Below, piece by piece: positions 22,317-31,775 of a DNA stretch of 33,955 nt (position 1 is its first letter; each line of letters begins with the position of its first letter). The notes under the pieces were generated by a model that did not search any database, was not told the origin of the DNA, and saw only the letters and a list, made by a program, of their open reading frames with translations. Location: contig CAYNAD010000003.1 in the NCBI GenBank assembly GCA_964395215.1, forward strand, positions 1-33,955. The letters run 5' to 3'. This DNA is from an uncultured Candidatus Saccharibacteria bacterium. Lineage in GTDB: Bacteria; Patescibacteriota; Minisyncoccia; Minisyncoccales; PEYH01. Made by a program: the position numbers and the translations under genes.

Positions 22317-25300
22317 ATGCAGGAAACATATAGCCCCATTGAGCAGGATATAAAACGGGAATCATATAGCCCCCAAAAAACACATAACCCCATTAAAGTT
22401 AATCAACCTCAAGATATTAAGAAAAAAAAGTCCTTATTTGTCTTTATAATAATATTCTTTGTCATCGCCCTTTCATTGGGCGTTTATTTTTTCTTTTTTT
22501 ATTCTCCTGAAGCTGAACCAGAATATACTGAAATTTATCGTTTAATTCCGGAAAAAATATCTCAATCAGCTGTTATAAGAATTTATTTGCCTCCAAGTAT
22601 TAGTCCTGAATTTGCTAAAAATAATATTAAATTTTCACCAGAAATTAAGGGCGACTGGGTTGCAAGTAAACACAGTTCATCTCTGTTTGTGTGGCTAAAC
22701 GAACACTTCAAAGTTTTTGCCGCTTCAAACGGCTCTGTGGAAGAGGGTATTGTCTATTATAAGCCAGATGGCGATTTAAATTTAAACAGATATTATGAAG
22801 TAGAGTTGGCTTTTTCTGACGGCGGGAGCATTAAAGAAGATTTTTTGGCAGTTAAAAATCCCGAAATTTTAGCTATTTTCCCAGAAAAGGGAAGTGAGGT
22901 TCCTGAAGATTCAGATATTACTATAGTTTTCAATAGACCAATGGTTCCACTAACCACCTTGGGCGAGCTGGAGAAAAGAGAAGTTCCAGTTGTGATTAGT
23001 CCTAAAACAGAGGGTCGCTTTAAGTGGATTACCACTCGCAATCTTCAATTTATTCCTACTGACCGATTGCAGAGATCGTCAAATTATACAGTAAAAGTGA
23101 ATCAAGGGCTGGAATCAGTAGAGGGGTTAAAATTGGGAAGTCAGGAATCTAATTTTACTACTCGTAATTTAAGGTATGTTGGAATGTCCGGTGGAGAAAC
23201 AGTTTATAACAGGCCAATTTCTATTAAGTTTAATCAATCGGTTGATTTGGACAGAACAGAAAGGGAAATTACTCTAAGGAACAATACTACCGGGAAAGAA
23301 GTGTCTTTTGTCGCTGAGTATGGAGGCGATCAAGAAATTGAGTTACAAGAGAAACAGGGAGCAGTAGGTTTTTTTGATGATGGAATTAATTTTTTTGCAG
23401 CGGTTGGAAATAATCTTGGTTTTTTAGATATTTTTTCTAAAGAAAGCAAACAAACAGGAACTGACAAAACAATTATCAATGTTTATAATGCCAGAGATAG
23501 ATTTGGAAGAAAAAAACTCTGGGATTTTGAAAATAATTATACTTTAGTAGTTAGAAAAGCGTATCCTTTAGAGGGAGATATTAATTTAGAAGAACAACGA
23601 TCCTCAAATTTTTCTGTGACGAGCATTATAAAAAATATTTCTGCTGAATCAGATAAAACAAATTGGGCGTCTCAAGATTTTTTTGATCCTCAAGGAAAGC
23701 TGTGGGTAGAGTTTTATGAGGACATTGATTTGAGTCGTAGTAGAATAGAATCAGACAAATTAAAAAATATTGATTATGGTTTAAAATGCAAAGACGAGGA
23801 TTTATATACATCATCTAGTGTTGATTGCGAAAAAGTAGCAGACAAAGGGAAAATTTATCTTGAATTTAAGGAGAGAGAAGTGGGGTTAAACGAAAACATG
23901 GAAATTGTTTTTAAAAAAATAGTTAATTCTGAAGGTTTGCAGATAAACAAAGAGCCGATCACAGAATACGCTGTTTCATATCCAGAGTTTGGAATATCAA
24001 AAACCCTTCCATTAAGCGGAGAAGAATCAGCAGTCCTTACAGAATTGGTAATTTGCTCTAATTCGCCGATATTAGTTCCAGTTAAAGAAGAGTATTCGGA
24101 GCATTTTCAATCTAACCTTGATTATGAATTAAATTATTGGGGTAATTCCTATAGAATAAATCATGTCTATACTGGCACTAAGTGCGGGTTGGGAGAGTTT
24201 AGGACTAACATTAGCTATGGATTGATGCCGCTTTCTGATTATTCCTTGAATTTAAAATTAGAAGACGTGTTTTTACAGAAAAAAGATTTATCTTTGGATT
24301 TTCGAACCAGTGCAATGTCTTCTCAATATTTGAATTTTTATCAATTTCAAGATACCTATGTGGTGGCAAGCCCTGAAGAAAAGAAGTTAACCTATGCGAC
24401 CAGAAATATGGAATATGTGAATGTTGATATTTGTAAATTGAGCCCAGCTAATTTTCTATATTATTTGGAGGATAAACCTAATTCCAGCGAGGGACTTGGC
24501 TCAATCACGAGATGTCAGGAACGGATAAAGGACAATATTGCTATACCTGCGAAATATTGGATTAAAAATTATTTTCATCTTGATGTAGCCGATTATTTTT
24601 CAGAACCATTGGGTCATTATATTGTCACTTTTCATCATCCCAATTATACAAGAAGGGTATGGAGTGGTGGTTCTCGGGGAGAAAAGCCGGCATTTGAAAG
24701 AACTTATTTGACAGTTACTAACTTAGGGATGGCAGAGAAAAAAATCGATCCAGATAGTAGTGATTACACTTTTTCTGATTATAGGAACCTTAAAGCCACT
24801 GAACTTGAAAAACTGAACAATCTTTATTGGGTTACTAATATTTCTACCTTAGAACCGGAAGCAGGGGCTAAAATTACTTTTTATAAAGATAATTTGGTTC
24901 CAGCTGGTACTTATTACACCAACCAAGAAGGAATTGCTAGGACTGATGTTATATATGGTTTAAAGGGAGTGGTAGCTAGTAAGGGCAACGACAGCACTGT
25001 GATATCCTCAAGAGATAGCAGAATTAATTGGGCAAGCTCCGCCTATCTGGCTAAAAAGATTTATCTTTATACAGATAAACCGATTTATCGTCCAACACAG
25101 GAAGTTTCTATGAAAGGCATTTATAGAATTGGTTACGATGGAGAATATGAGGTTCCTGAAGGCAAAATAAATCTAAAAGTTTATAACTCTAAAGATGACG
25201 AAATTTTTGAGCAAGAGCTTTTAATCAGTAATTTTGGTACTTTTGACGCTAAATTAACATTGGAAAGCAGTGCGCCTCTTGGTATGTATAGGTATTGTAT

Positions 25301-28300
25301 TGACAGTAGCTGGCAGAGGTACTGTTCCTATTTTGATGTGCAAGAATATCAGCCAGCTGCTTTTGAAGTGAAGGTCAGCACTAATGAGACAGAGTATATT
25401 TCTAAAGATACTGTAAATATAGATGTGGACGCAAACTATTATTTCGGCGTTCCTCTTGAGGGCGGTAAAGTCAGCTATACAATCAGCAGTCAAGATTATT
25501 ATTTTGACAGATATACTGGAGAATATTTTAACTTTGGTTCTGGCTGGAATTATTGGTCTCCATATTCTGGAGAAAAGTTCCTGCTTAGAGGTGAGGCCTT
25601 TCTTTCTGAAGACGGCAAGGCACAGATTTCTCAAGTGCTTGATTTTGAAACCCTATTTGAAAATGAAGAAGACAGGAAAAGCAAGATTCTTGTGATAGAT
25701 GTTACTGTTATTAATCTTGAGGGCCAGAGCATTTCTTCACAAAAGTCATTTATTGTTCATGCGGGTGATTTTTACCTTGGGATTAAGCCAGACAGATGGT
25801 TCTTGTCAAAGAACGAGAATTTTAATTTAAAGATTAAATCAGTTGATATACAGGGTAAGGAGATAAAGAAAAACAACTTAAAGCTTAAATTGTATAAAGT
25901 AGAATGGATTCATTCTAAAAGACAGGAAGCAGGCGGAGGATATTCGTATAAATGGGAAGAGAAGAAGGAATTTGTAAAAGAATATAATTTTTCTACTGAC
26001 AGAAATGGAAATTATTCGCAACAATTGAGCATTTCAAAAGAAGGGACTTATGAGGTTATTGCCGAAGGAAAAGACGAGAGAGGCAATTTAATCAGGAGTA
26101 GTCATAATTTGTATGTCTATGGCCAAGGATCTGCTTCAATCAGGCCAACCACTAACACCCAGCTTGAACTGGAAGCTGTTAATACTAATCTCAATGTCGG
26201 AGATATTGCCGAAGTAATTATTAAATCGCCCTATCCAGAGGCCAAGGCATTAATTTCTATAGAAAGAGGAAAGATCTTTGATTATGAGATAGTAGAAATT
26301 AAAGGTAATTTATACAAATATCAGTTCCCGATTAAAGAAGAATATCTGCCAAATGTCTATTTATCTGTTTTAATCCAGTCACCAAAACCAGAAGTTAAGT
26401 TTGGGAATATTAGTTTTGCGATTGATACAGAAAGAAAAGAGTTGGATATTGAGGTTTCAAGCAATAAACAGCACTACTTGCCTGGAGAAGAAGTGGTTTT
26501 GGATATAATTGCCAAGGATTATCAAAATCAACCAGTTTCCGCAGAGTTATCTTTGTCAGTTGTGGATTTGAGCGTCTTAGCGCTTAAGGGCAATATAAAA
26601 AAGAATCCTTTAGTTTTCTTTTATGGCGGATTTCCATTGACCGTAAGTACAGCTTCTAATATCAAGAATATTTTAGTAGAAAAGGAAATACCTACCAAAG
26701 GAGGGGGAGGGGCAAATGCTCCAGGAATGTCAGAAGGAGACTTGGCTAGAAAAGCAAGGGGAGAGTTTAGAGAAACTGCTTTTTGGCAGGCAGTTATTAG
26801 GACTGATGTAAGTGGTAGAGCGAAAATACGCTTTACTTTGCCAGATAACTTGACTGCTTGGCAGGCAGAGACATTAGGTGTGACTCAAGATAGCAAGATT
26901 GGTATTAATTATCACGAATTCGTTACTCGTAAAAGATTAATGGTGGTTCCTTTGAAGCCGAGATTTGTAGTGCCTGGCGATGAGTTCTTTGTTGGAGCTA
27001 AGGTATTTAATCAAACAGGCCAAAGCCAGAATTTAGAGGTTAAGATAAGCAGTGATACATTAGTTTTTGATGATGATATAGAGAGTGGCGGGATAAAAGA
27101 TAATGAAACCAATACTTATTATTTTAAAGCAAGAGCACCTGATAATTTCGAACAAGGCGAACACCAGTTTGTTATATCTGCTAAAGCCAAGGACGTGGAA
27201 GACACGGTTATTCAGTATATTAAGATTGTATCTAACGATACTTATGAGGTAACTGCAACTGCCAATTATACTGATCAACCAATTACTCGAGAATATGTCT
27301 ATCTACCAAGCGGAGTGGTCAAAGACAAGGGAAATTTAAAAATTCAGAGTTCAGCTACTTTGGCAGTATTTATTTCAGATGCTTTAAATTATTTGCTTCA
27401 ATTCCCTTATACAGGTTCCGAACAGATTGCCAGCAAACTGAATGCAATAGCCATTGTAAAAAGGGGATTAAATTTGCCCAACTTGGCAGATAAGCTTGAA
27501 TTAAAAAAGATTAAGCTTGAGGGAGAAGAGTATACTATTGACGAAGCGGTAGAGCTTGGGCTTTCAAAGCTTTATAATAGCCAGAATTTTGATGGAGGAT
27601 TTTCTTACTGGGGAAATGGGAAATCAAACTTTTATCTTAGCTTGAATGTTTTGGATGCAATGAATAATTTAAAGTTAGCCGAGTATTCAGTTAATCAAGA
27701 AACAGTGGAGAAATTGTTTCTTTATTTAACCCAGGAATTATTAGGCACAAAACGCTTGTATTTGAATAGTGATTTATTAATTTTGGCTTCTAAGATAATG
27801 GCCGATGCCTCTCCTGCTACATTTAATTCTATTTTAAAGCAGAAGATTGTGGGGCTTGCTAATAATACTTCTTATCTACAAGACAGAGCAAGTAATTATG
27901 CTTTAGCTGATTTAACGATTTTATTGAGCAAAGGAGGATTTGATAGTCAATTGACAAACAAAGTATCTCAAGTTATAGACAATAGGATTGAGATTGATGC
28001 GCGGGGAGCATTTTTAGAACCCAGCGCAAACTATAGATGGGGTTATTTTGAAAATACGATTAAAAATACAGCTGTATATCTGGAATCTTTGAGTGTCAGA
28101 GAAAAAGAGGATGCTCGACTTGATAAAATTGTTAGGTGGTTATTGAACTCTAAATATAAAGACGGCTCATGGGGTTCCACTAAGAATACTTTGGCTGTGA
28201 TTGAGGGCTTAGTGAGTTTCTTAGAATGGAAAGGGGAGACAGAGTCGGACTTTAGTTTAGATATACTTGTCAATAATGAATCAAAAAAGGAGTTCAGATT

Positions 28301-28919
28301 TAATAGTGAGACCATTCTGGAACAGATTAGTAGTCAAATGGTTTTACAAGAATTAGATTTTGAAAAGAATAATGTGATTGAATTTGCAAAAGAGAATCAT
28401 AATAATTCAACCAATGCCCTATATTATGATATTGCTCTAAAATACTATCTGCCAGTTGAGAATATAGGGCCAAGAGATGAGGGCTTTAGTATCATTAGGA
28501 GTTTGCATCAATTAGATGATAAGGAAAACGAGAAACCAATTAGTAATGCTAAAGTAGGAGATGTTTTAAGAGTCCATCTCCAGATTACCGTGCCCAAGAC
28601 AAGGGAATTTGTGGCAATAGAGGACTTTATCCCTGCTGGAATGGAGATTGTTAATCTGGATTTAGCAACAGAGCAAAAATCCTTAAGATTACAGGAAACA
28701 GAGCTTGAGGGAAGAGAATTGAGACCAGAATATAGGGAGTTTTATGATGACAGGGCCTTTCTATATATTAATTATTTAAGGCCCGGAGTTTATGAGTTTG
28801 ATTATTTTGTTAGGGCTTTGATAAAGGGGAAATTTGCTCATTTGCCAGCCAAGGTTTCGGAAATGTATTTCCCAGAAAATTTTGGCAGAACAAGCGGTAC
28901 TCTTTTTGAGATAAAATAG
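22317..28919 (+). CDS. Alpha-2-macroglobulin family protein, very large (2200 aa), signal-anchored, lacking the thioester cysteine
   Basis: Single uninterrupted 2200-aa ORF with TM segment LFVFIIIFFVIALSLGVYFFFFY at about residues 40-62. It has many MG/Ig-like repeats. The thioester-domain hallmarks are present but altered: LQFPYTGSEQIASKL (nt 27411-27425 encode TGSEQ where CxEQ is expected), NSQNFDGGFSYWGNG, YKDGSWGSTKNTLAVIEGL. The C-terminus is a receptor-binding-like domain. Confidence 0.9.
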   Translation: MQETYSPIEQDIKRESYSPQKTHNPIKVNQPQDIKKKKSLFVFIIIFFVIALSLGVYFFFFYSPEAEPEYTEIYRLIPEKISQSAVIRIYLPPSISPEFAKNNIKFSPEIKGDWVASKHSSSLFVWLNEHFKVFAASNGSVEEGIVYYKPDGDLNLNRYYEVELAFSDGGSIKEDFLAVKNPEILAIFPEKGSEVPEDSDITIVFNRPMVPLTTLGELEKREVPVVISPKTEGRFKWITTRNLQFIPTDRLQRSSNYTVKVNQGLESVEGLKLGSQESNFTTRNLRYVGMSGGETVYNRPISIKFNQSVDLDRTEREITLRNNTTGKEVSFVAEYGGDQEIELQEKQGAVGFFDDGINFFAAVGNNLGFLDIFSKESKQTGTDKTIINVYNARDRFGRKKLWDFENNYTLVVRKAYPLEGDINLEEQRSSNFSVTSIIKNISAESDKTNWASQDFFDPQGKLWVEFYEDIDLSRSRIESDKLKNIDYGLKCKDEDLYTSSSVDCEKVADKGKIYLEFKEREVGLNENMEIVFKKIVNSEGLQINKEPITEYAVSYPEFGISKTLPLSGEESAVLTELVICSNSPILVPVKEEYSEHFQSNLDYELNYWGNSYRINHVYTGTKCGLGEFRTNISYGLMPLSDYSLNLKLEDVFLQKKDLSLDFRTSAMSSQYLNFYQFQDTYVVASPEEKKLTYATRNMEYVNVDICKLSPANFLYYLEDKPNSSEGLGSITRCQERIKDNIAIPAKYWIKNYFHLDVADYFSEPLGHYIVTFHHPNYTRRVWSGGSRGEKPAFERTYLTVTNLGMAEKKIDPDSSDYTFSDYRNLKATELEKLNNLYWVTNISTLEPEAGAKITFYKDNLVPAGTYYTNQEGIARTDVIYGLKGVVASKGNDSTVISSRDSRINWASSAYLAKKIYLYTDKPIYRPTQEVSMKGIYRIGYDGEYEVPEGKINLKVYNSKDDEIFEQELLISNFGTFDAKLTLESSAPLGMYRYCIDSSWQRYCSYFDVQEYQPAAFEVKVSTNETEYISKDTVNIDVDANYYFGVPLEGGKVSYTISSQDYYFDRYTGEYFNFGSGWNYWSPYSGEKFLLRGEAFLSEDGKAQISQVLDFETLFENEEDRKSKILVIDVTVINLEGQSISSQKSFIVHAGDFYLGIKPDRWFLSKNENFNLKIKSVDIQGKEIKKNNLKLKLYKVEWIHSKRQEAGGGYSYKWEEKKEFVKEYNFSTDRNGNYSQQLSISKEGTYEVIAEGKDERGNLIRSSHNLYVYGQGSASIRPTTNTQLELEAVNTNLNVGDIAEVIIKSPYPEAKALISIERGKIFDYEIVEIKGNLYKYQFPIKEEYLPNVYLSVLIQSPKPEVKFGNISFAIDTERKELDIEVSSNKQHYLPGEEVVLDIIAKDYQNQPVSAELSLSVVDLSVLALKGNIKKNPLVFFYGGFPLTVSTASNIKNILVEKEIPTKGGGGANAPGMSEGDLARKARGEFRETAFWQAVIRTDVSGRAKIRFTLPDNLTAWQAETLGVTQDSKIGINYHEFVTRKRLMVVPLKPRFVVPGDEFFVGAKVFNQTGQSQNLEVKISSDTLVFDDDIESGGIKDNETNTYYFKARAPDNFEQGEHQFVISAKAKDVEDTVIQYIKIVSNDTYEVTATANYTDQPITREYVYLPSGVVKDKGNLKIQSSATLAVFISDALNYLLQFPYTGSEQIASKLNAIAIVKRGLNLPNLADKLELKKIKLEGEEYTIDEAVELGLSKLYNSQNFDGGFSYWGNGKSNFYLSLNVLDAMNNLKLAEYSVNQETVEKLFLYLTQELLGTKRLYLNSDLLILASKIMADASPATFNSILKQKIVGLANNTSYLQDRASNYALADLTILLSKGGFDSQLTNKVSQVIDNRIEIDARGAFLEPSANYRWGYFENTIKNTAVYLESLSVREKEDARLDKIVRWLLNSKYKDGSWGSTKNTLAVIEGLVSFLEWKGETESDFSLDILVNNESKKEFRFNSETILEQISSQMVLQELDFEKNNVIEFAKENHNNSTNALYYDIALKYYLPVENIGPRDEGFSIIRSLHQLDDKENEKPISNAKVGDVLRVHLQITVPKTREFVAIEDFIPAGMEIVNLDLATEQKSLRLQETELEGRELRPEYREFYDDRAFLYINYLRPGVYEFDYFVRALIKGKFAHLPAKVSEMYFPENFGRTSGTLFEIK

Positions 28920-28923
28920 ATCC

Positions 28924-28951
28924 CCATGGCTAAAGCCGTGGCGCTCTTTTT
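28924..28951 (+). terminator. Intrinsic terminator after the A2M gene
   Basis: CCATGGC-taaa-GCCGTGG is a 7-bp stem with one G-U, followed by cgctcttttt. It starts 5 nt after the stop. Confidence 0.6.
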
Positions 28952-28962
28952 CGCTTTGTAAT

Positions 28963-28997
28963 AACCGAGCACATAAAATAATTTTATGTGTTCGGTT
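28963..28997. terminator. Long inverted repeat (16-bp stem, 3-nt loop) between convergent A2M and pbpC; bidirectional terminator or protein-binding palindrome
   Basis: aaccgagcacataaaa-taa-ttttatgtgttcggtt (one G-U). It overlaps a second possible hairpin, GGTTGAA...TTCAACC (28994-29018). Confidence 0.5.
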
Positions 28998-29058
28998 GAA
29001 CATCCTATCGCTTCAACCACGGGTAAACCCTTAGTTTTCGCTCTCTTGAAATAAAGAG

Positions 29059-31122
29059 TCAATCTAAAATCTGGACGCTTACTATTTCTTTACGTCCAGT
29101 TTTAGTTTCTGCTTTGATAATATAAATTCCTGCTTTTTCTGGAACAAATATGGTCTCTACTCCTGTATCTAAATGAATATTATCAACAAACCAACTTACT
29201 GATTCTTTTGCCCTTAAAACGATTTGAGTATTTTCTTCTAAGAAAAAAGTATCATTTTGATGGGGTAGCAAAACAAGGGTTTCGTCTTCTTTAAGTAACA
29301 GGTTTTTATACTCTTCGTAATTGTCTTGGACTAAGCCGTATTCAACCTTGTCTTGTTTGTTAAATTCGTGGAGCAGATCAAAATCAAGCTTTGTTTTTTT
29401 GTTGTATTGAGTATTAAAAAGCAGTTCCATTATTTCATGCCATATTCTGCCGGCGCCGATTTGTCCGGAAATTTTTTCTGTTGGTGAGTTGTCAGCATTC
29501 CCCACCCAGACAAGAACAAGAAAGTCGGGAGTAAAGCCGACTATCCAGCTATCTCTAAAATCACGAGAGGTTCCTGTTTTTAACGCGTAGTTATTTTGAG
29601 ATAAATTAAGTTCGCTTTTTAAACTAAATTGTTCTATCCCTGTTTTTCTGTCGCTAATAATTCGATTAACCAATTGGATATATTTTTCATCAGCGATTAG
29701 CTTTTCTTCGTTTTGCGTATCAGTTATTTTAATATTTTTTAATATTCCCTTGTTGGCAAAAAGAGTGAAATATTTTGCCAAATCTATTGCTTTCATATCC
29801 AAAGAGCCTAAGGCAATGCCTAATTGATATTCTTCAAGATTTTGTATTGGCTTAAATTTTAAATTATCTGTTAGAAACTCATAGAATTGCCCTAATCCCA
29901 CCCATTCTAATACTTTAACAGAAGGAACATTTAAGCTGTTGCTTAAAGCATAGTGTAGATCTACTATCCCGCGATAGTTAAAATCGTAATTTTTTGGATA
30001 AAGAGGCAGACCAATGGCAGTAATATATTTATATTCCCTATCATCCACTAAAGTATAGGGCCGGAGATTTCTTTCAAAGGCCTTTAAATAAATAAGGGGC
30101 TTTACGGTGGAGCCAATGGGTCGGGCTTGGTGAAGCATATCTATTTTATAGGTTTCTTCAAATGAGTCAGGATCTGGAGAGCCGATAAGAGTAATAATTT
30201 CATTTTCAGGTATTTTGATAACTATAGCGGCCGCATTATTGGCGTTATATATTTTTAATTCGTCTATATTCCTTTTTATGATTTTTCTTATTTTTTTTGT
30301 GAGCTCTAAATCAATCGTGGTTTGGCTTGCTTTAATATTTTTATTTCTTAAGAAAGATGATATTTCAAAATACGAGGTTTTAATAGGTTGGAATTTTGAA
30401 ATGTTTATTTTTACTTCGCTTTGGCTAGTAGGGGCTAATTCATTAAAATTAATATCTAATCGTTTACCTAAATTTATGGCGACTTCTTGATTACTCTGTT
30501 TTAGAGGATTATTCGTGCTCGGGCTGTTGATGGTAGCTAAAAGTTGTAAAACTTGGATTTGATTAAGCAATTCTGGCGGAACTTTGAAATACATTTGACT
30601 GGCTTGATATATGCCCTGGCTACTATTTCCGAGATATATAGAGTTAGAGTACATTGTTAAAATTTCTTCTTTTGTCTGAAAGGTCTCTAGAGCCACAGCA
30701 TAAAATGTTTCAACAATTTTATTTTTTATATTCCTGTCTAATTCATTGCCCAGGAGATTTTTGACTAATTGTTGAGTTATAGTGCTAGAGCCCTTTCGTT
30801 TAGCCATGCCTACTTTAGTCAAAGCCGCCTGAGCCATGCTTATAGGATTGAAACCGGGGTGATAATAAAAAAACCTGTCCTCTTTTCTGATTAGCAGGTT
30901 TTTCAGTTCATCGGGTAGAGAGTCAGTATAATAGGATGCATAATAACCTTTTGAATTAGGTAGGGTAGCTATAATTTTTCCTGTTCTATCTAGGATTATT
31001 TGCGACTGCTGGTCATTATATAGAGAGATTAGCTTTGATTGGAGATAGAAATTTATTAGGAAAAACCCAACCAGTAGGATTGTAAATATTACTAAGATTT
31101 TTTTAAAAACTGTTTTTCGCAT
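29059..31122 (-). CDS. pbpC: Penicillin-binding protein 1C (bifunctional GT51 transglycosylase / transpeptidase with PBP1C C-terminal domain)
   Basis: 687-aa ORF with an N-terminal TM segment. GT51 motifs are EDRFFYYHPGFNP, GSSTITQQLVKN, TKEEILTMYSNSIYLG. Transpeptidase motifs are STVKP (SxxK), SNS (SxN), KTGTS (KTG). The C-terminal beta-domain reads VSWFVDNIHL...GIYIIKAE. Confidence 0.9.
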   Translation of the reverse strand: MRKTVFKKILVIFTILLVGFFLINFYLQSKLISLYNDQQSQIILDRTGKIIATLPNSKGYYASYYTDSLPDELKNLLIRKEDRFFYYHPGFNPISMAQAALTKVGMAKRKGSSTITQQLVKNLLGNELDRNIKNKIVETFYAVALETFQTKEEILTMYSNSIYLGNSSQGIYQASQMYFKVPPELLNQIQVLQLLATINSPSTNNPLKQSNQEVAINLGKRLDINFNELAPTSQSEVKINISKFQPIKTSYFEISSFLRNKNIKASQTTIDLELTKKIRKIIKRNIDELKIYNANNAAAIVIKIPENEIITLIGSPDPDSFEETYKIDMLHQARPIGSTVKPLIYLKAFERNLRPYTLVDDREYKYITAIGLPLYPKNYDFNYRGIVDLHYALSNSLNVPSVKVLEWVGLGQFYEFLTDNLKFKPIQNLEEYQLGIALGSLDMKAIDLAKYFTLFANKGILKNIKITDTQNEEKLIADEKYIQLVNRIISDRKTGIEQFSLKSELNLSQNNYALKTGTSRDFRDSWIVGFTPDFLVLVWVGNADNSPTEKISGQIGAGRIWHEIMELLFNTQYNKKTKLDFDLLHEFNKQDKVEYGLVQDNYEEYKNLLLKEDETLVLLPHQNDTFFLEENTQIVLRAKESVSWFVDNIHLDTGVETIFVPEKAGIYIIKAETKTGRKEIVSVQILD

Positions 31123-31189
31123 TTTTAATTTTAACTTTTCTTAATTTTAGATTATAATTACTTAAAAGAAAAGTATTTGAAATAAAAAT

Positions 31190-31714
31190 ATGACAAAGGT
31201 AGCAATTATTATTGCTTTTAAGAATTTTAGGGATGAGGAGTATTTTATTCCCAAGGATATTTTTGAGGAGAATGGTTTTGAGGTTAAGACAATAAGCACT
31301 GAAATAGGCATTGCTATTGGCGGGGATGGAGGAGAGACAGAGATTGATTTGCGTTTAGCTGATTTGAATATTGATGAGTTTGATGCTTTAGTGTTCCCAG
31401 GTGGTCCAGGTGCTTATGCTTTTATTGAAGACGAAAGTGTTTGGCAGATTATTGGGCAGGCAAGAAATAAAGGAAAACTCTTGGCTGCTATTTGCATTGC
31501 TCCTGCGATTTTAGCAAAAGCAGGTATTTTGCAAAATAAGAAAGCGACAATTTGGTCTTCAATAATGGATAAAAAAACAATTAAGATTCTACGGGAAAAC
31601 GGAGCAGAATATTTAGATAAAGCAGTTGTTCAGGATGGGAAAATTATAACAGCAAATGGTCCAACCTCAGCACAAGAATTTGCCGAAACAATTGTTCAAG
31701 CGCTTGGAAATTAA
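31190..31714 (+). CDS. DJ-1/PfpI family protein
   Basis: 174-aa ORF containing DALVFPGGPGA and the nucleophile elbow LLAAICIAPAILAKAG. Confidence 0.9.
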   Translation: MTKVAIIIAFKNFRDEEYFIPKDIFEENGFEVKTISTEIGIAIGGDGGETEIDLRLADLNIDEFDALVFPGGPGAYAFIEDESVWQIIGQARNKGKLLAAICIAPAILAKAGILQNKKATIWSSIMDKKTIKILRENGAEYLDKAVVQDGKIITANGPTSAQEFAETIVQALGN

Positions 31715-31741
31715 TTCCTTAAATATTTTTTACTTTTTTAC

Positions 31742-31769
31742 TTGACAAGATTTTTAAATTATATATACT
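31742..31769 (+). promoter_or_regulatory. Sigma-70-type promoter of the rplJL operon
   Basis: TTGACA (31742-31747), a 16-nt spacer, then TATACT (31764-31769). Confidence 0.6.
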
Positions 31770-31775
31770 GAAAAT

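Noticed and set aside
7092-28315. Remaining short internal ORFs: 7092..7289, 7585..7800, 9726..10004, 9789..9995, 10091..10297, 10554..10889, 10792..11013, 12064..12474, 14056..14253, 17358..17597, 18182..18391, 18768..18962, 20857..21063, 21087..21314, 21705..21908, 21775..21996, 22793..23041, 23626..23814, 25254..25634, 25423..25695, 27060..27278, 28043..28315
   Set aside because: All are nested in or antisense to long ORFs with clear family motifs. None has independent support.
28776-29062. Minus-strand ORFs 28776..29003 and 28838..29062
   Set aside because: They overlap the A2M 3' end and the terminator hairpins of the convergent spacer. There are no motifs, and both are inconsistent with the strong secondary structure there.
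17069-31741. Classical tRNA-integrated genomic island
   Set aside because: No integrase or recombinase is present. I could not find a direct repeat of the tRNA-Trp 3' end near 28.9-31.7 kb. It is kept only as a synteny observation.
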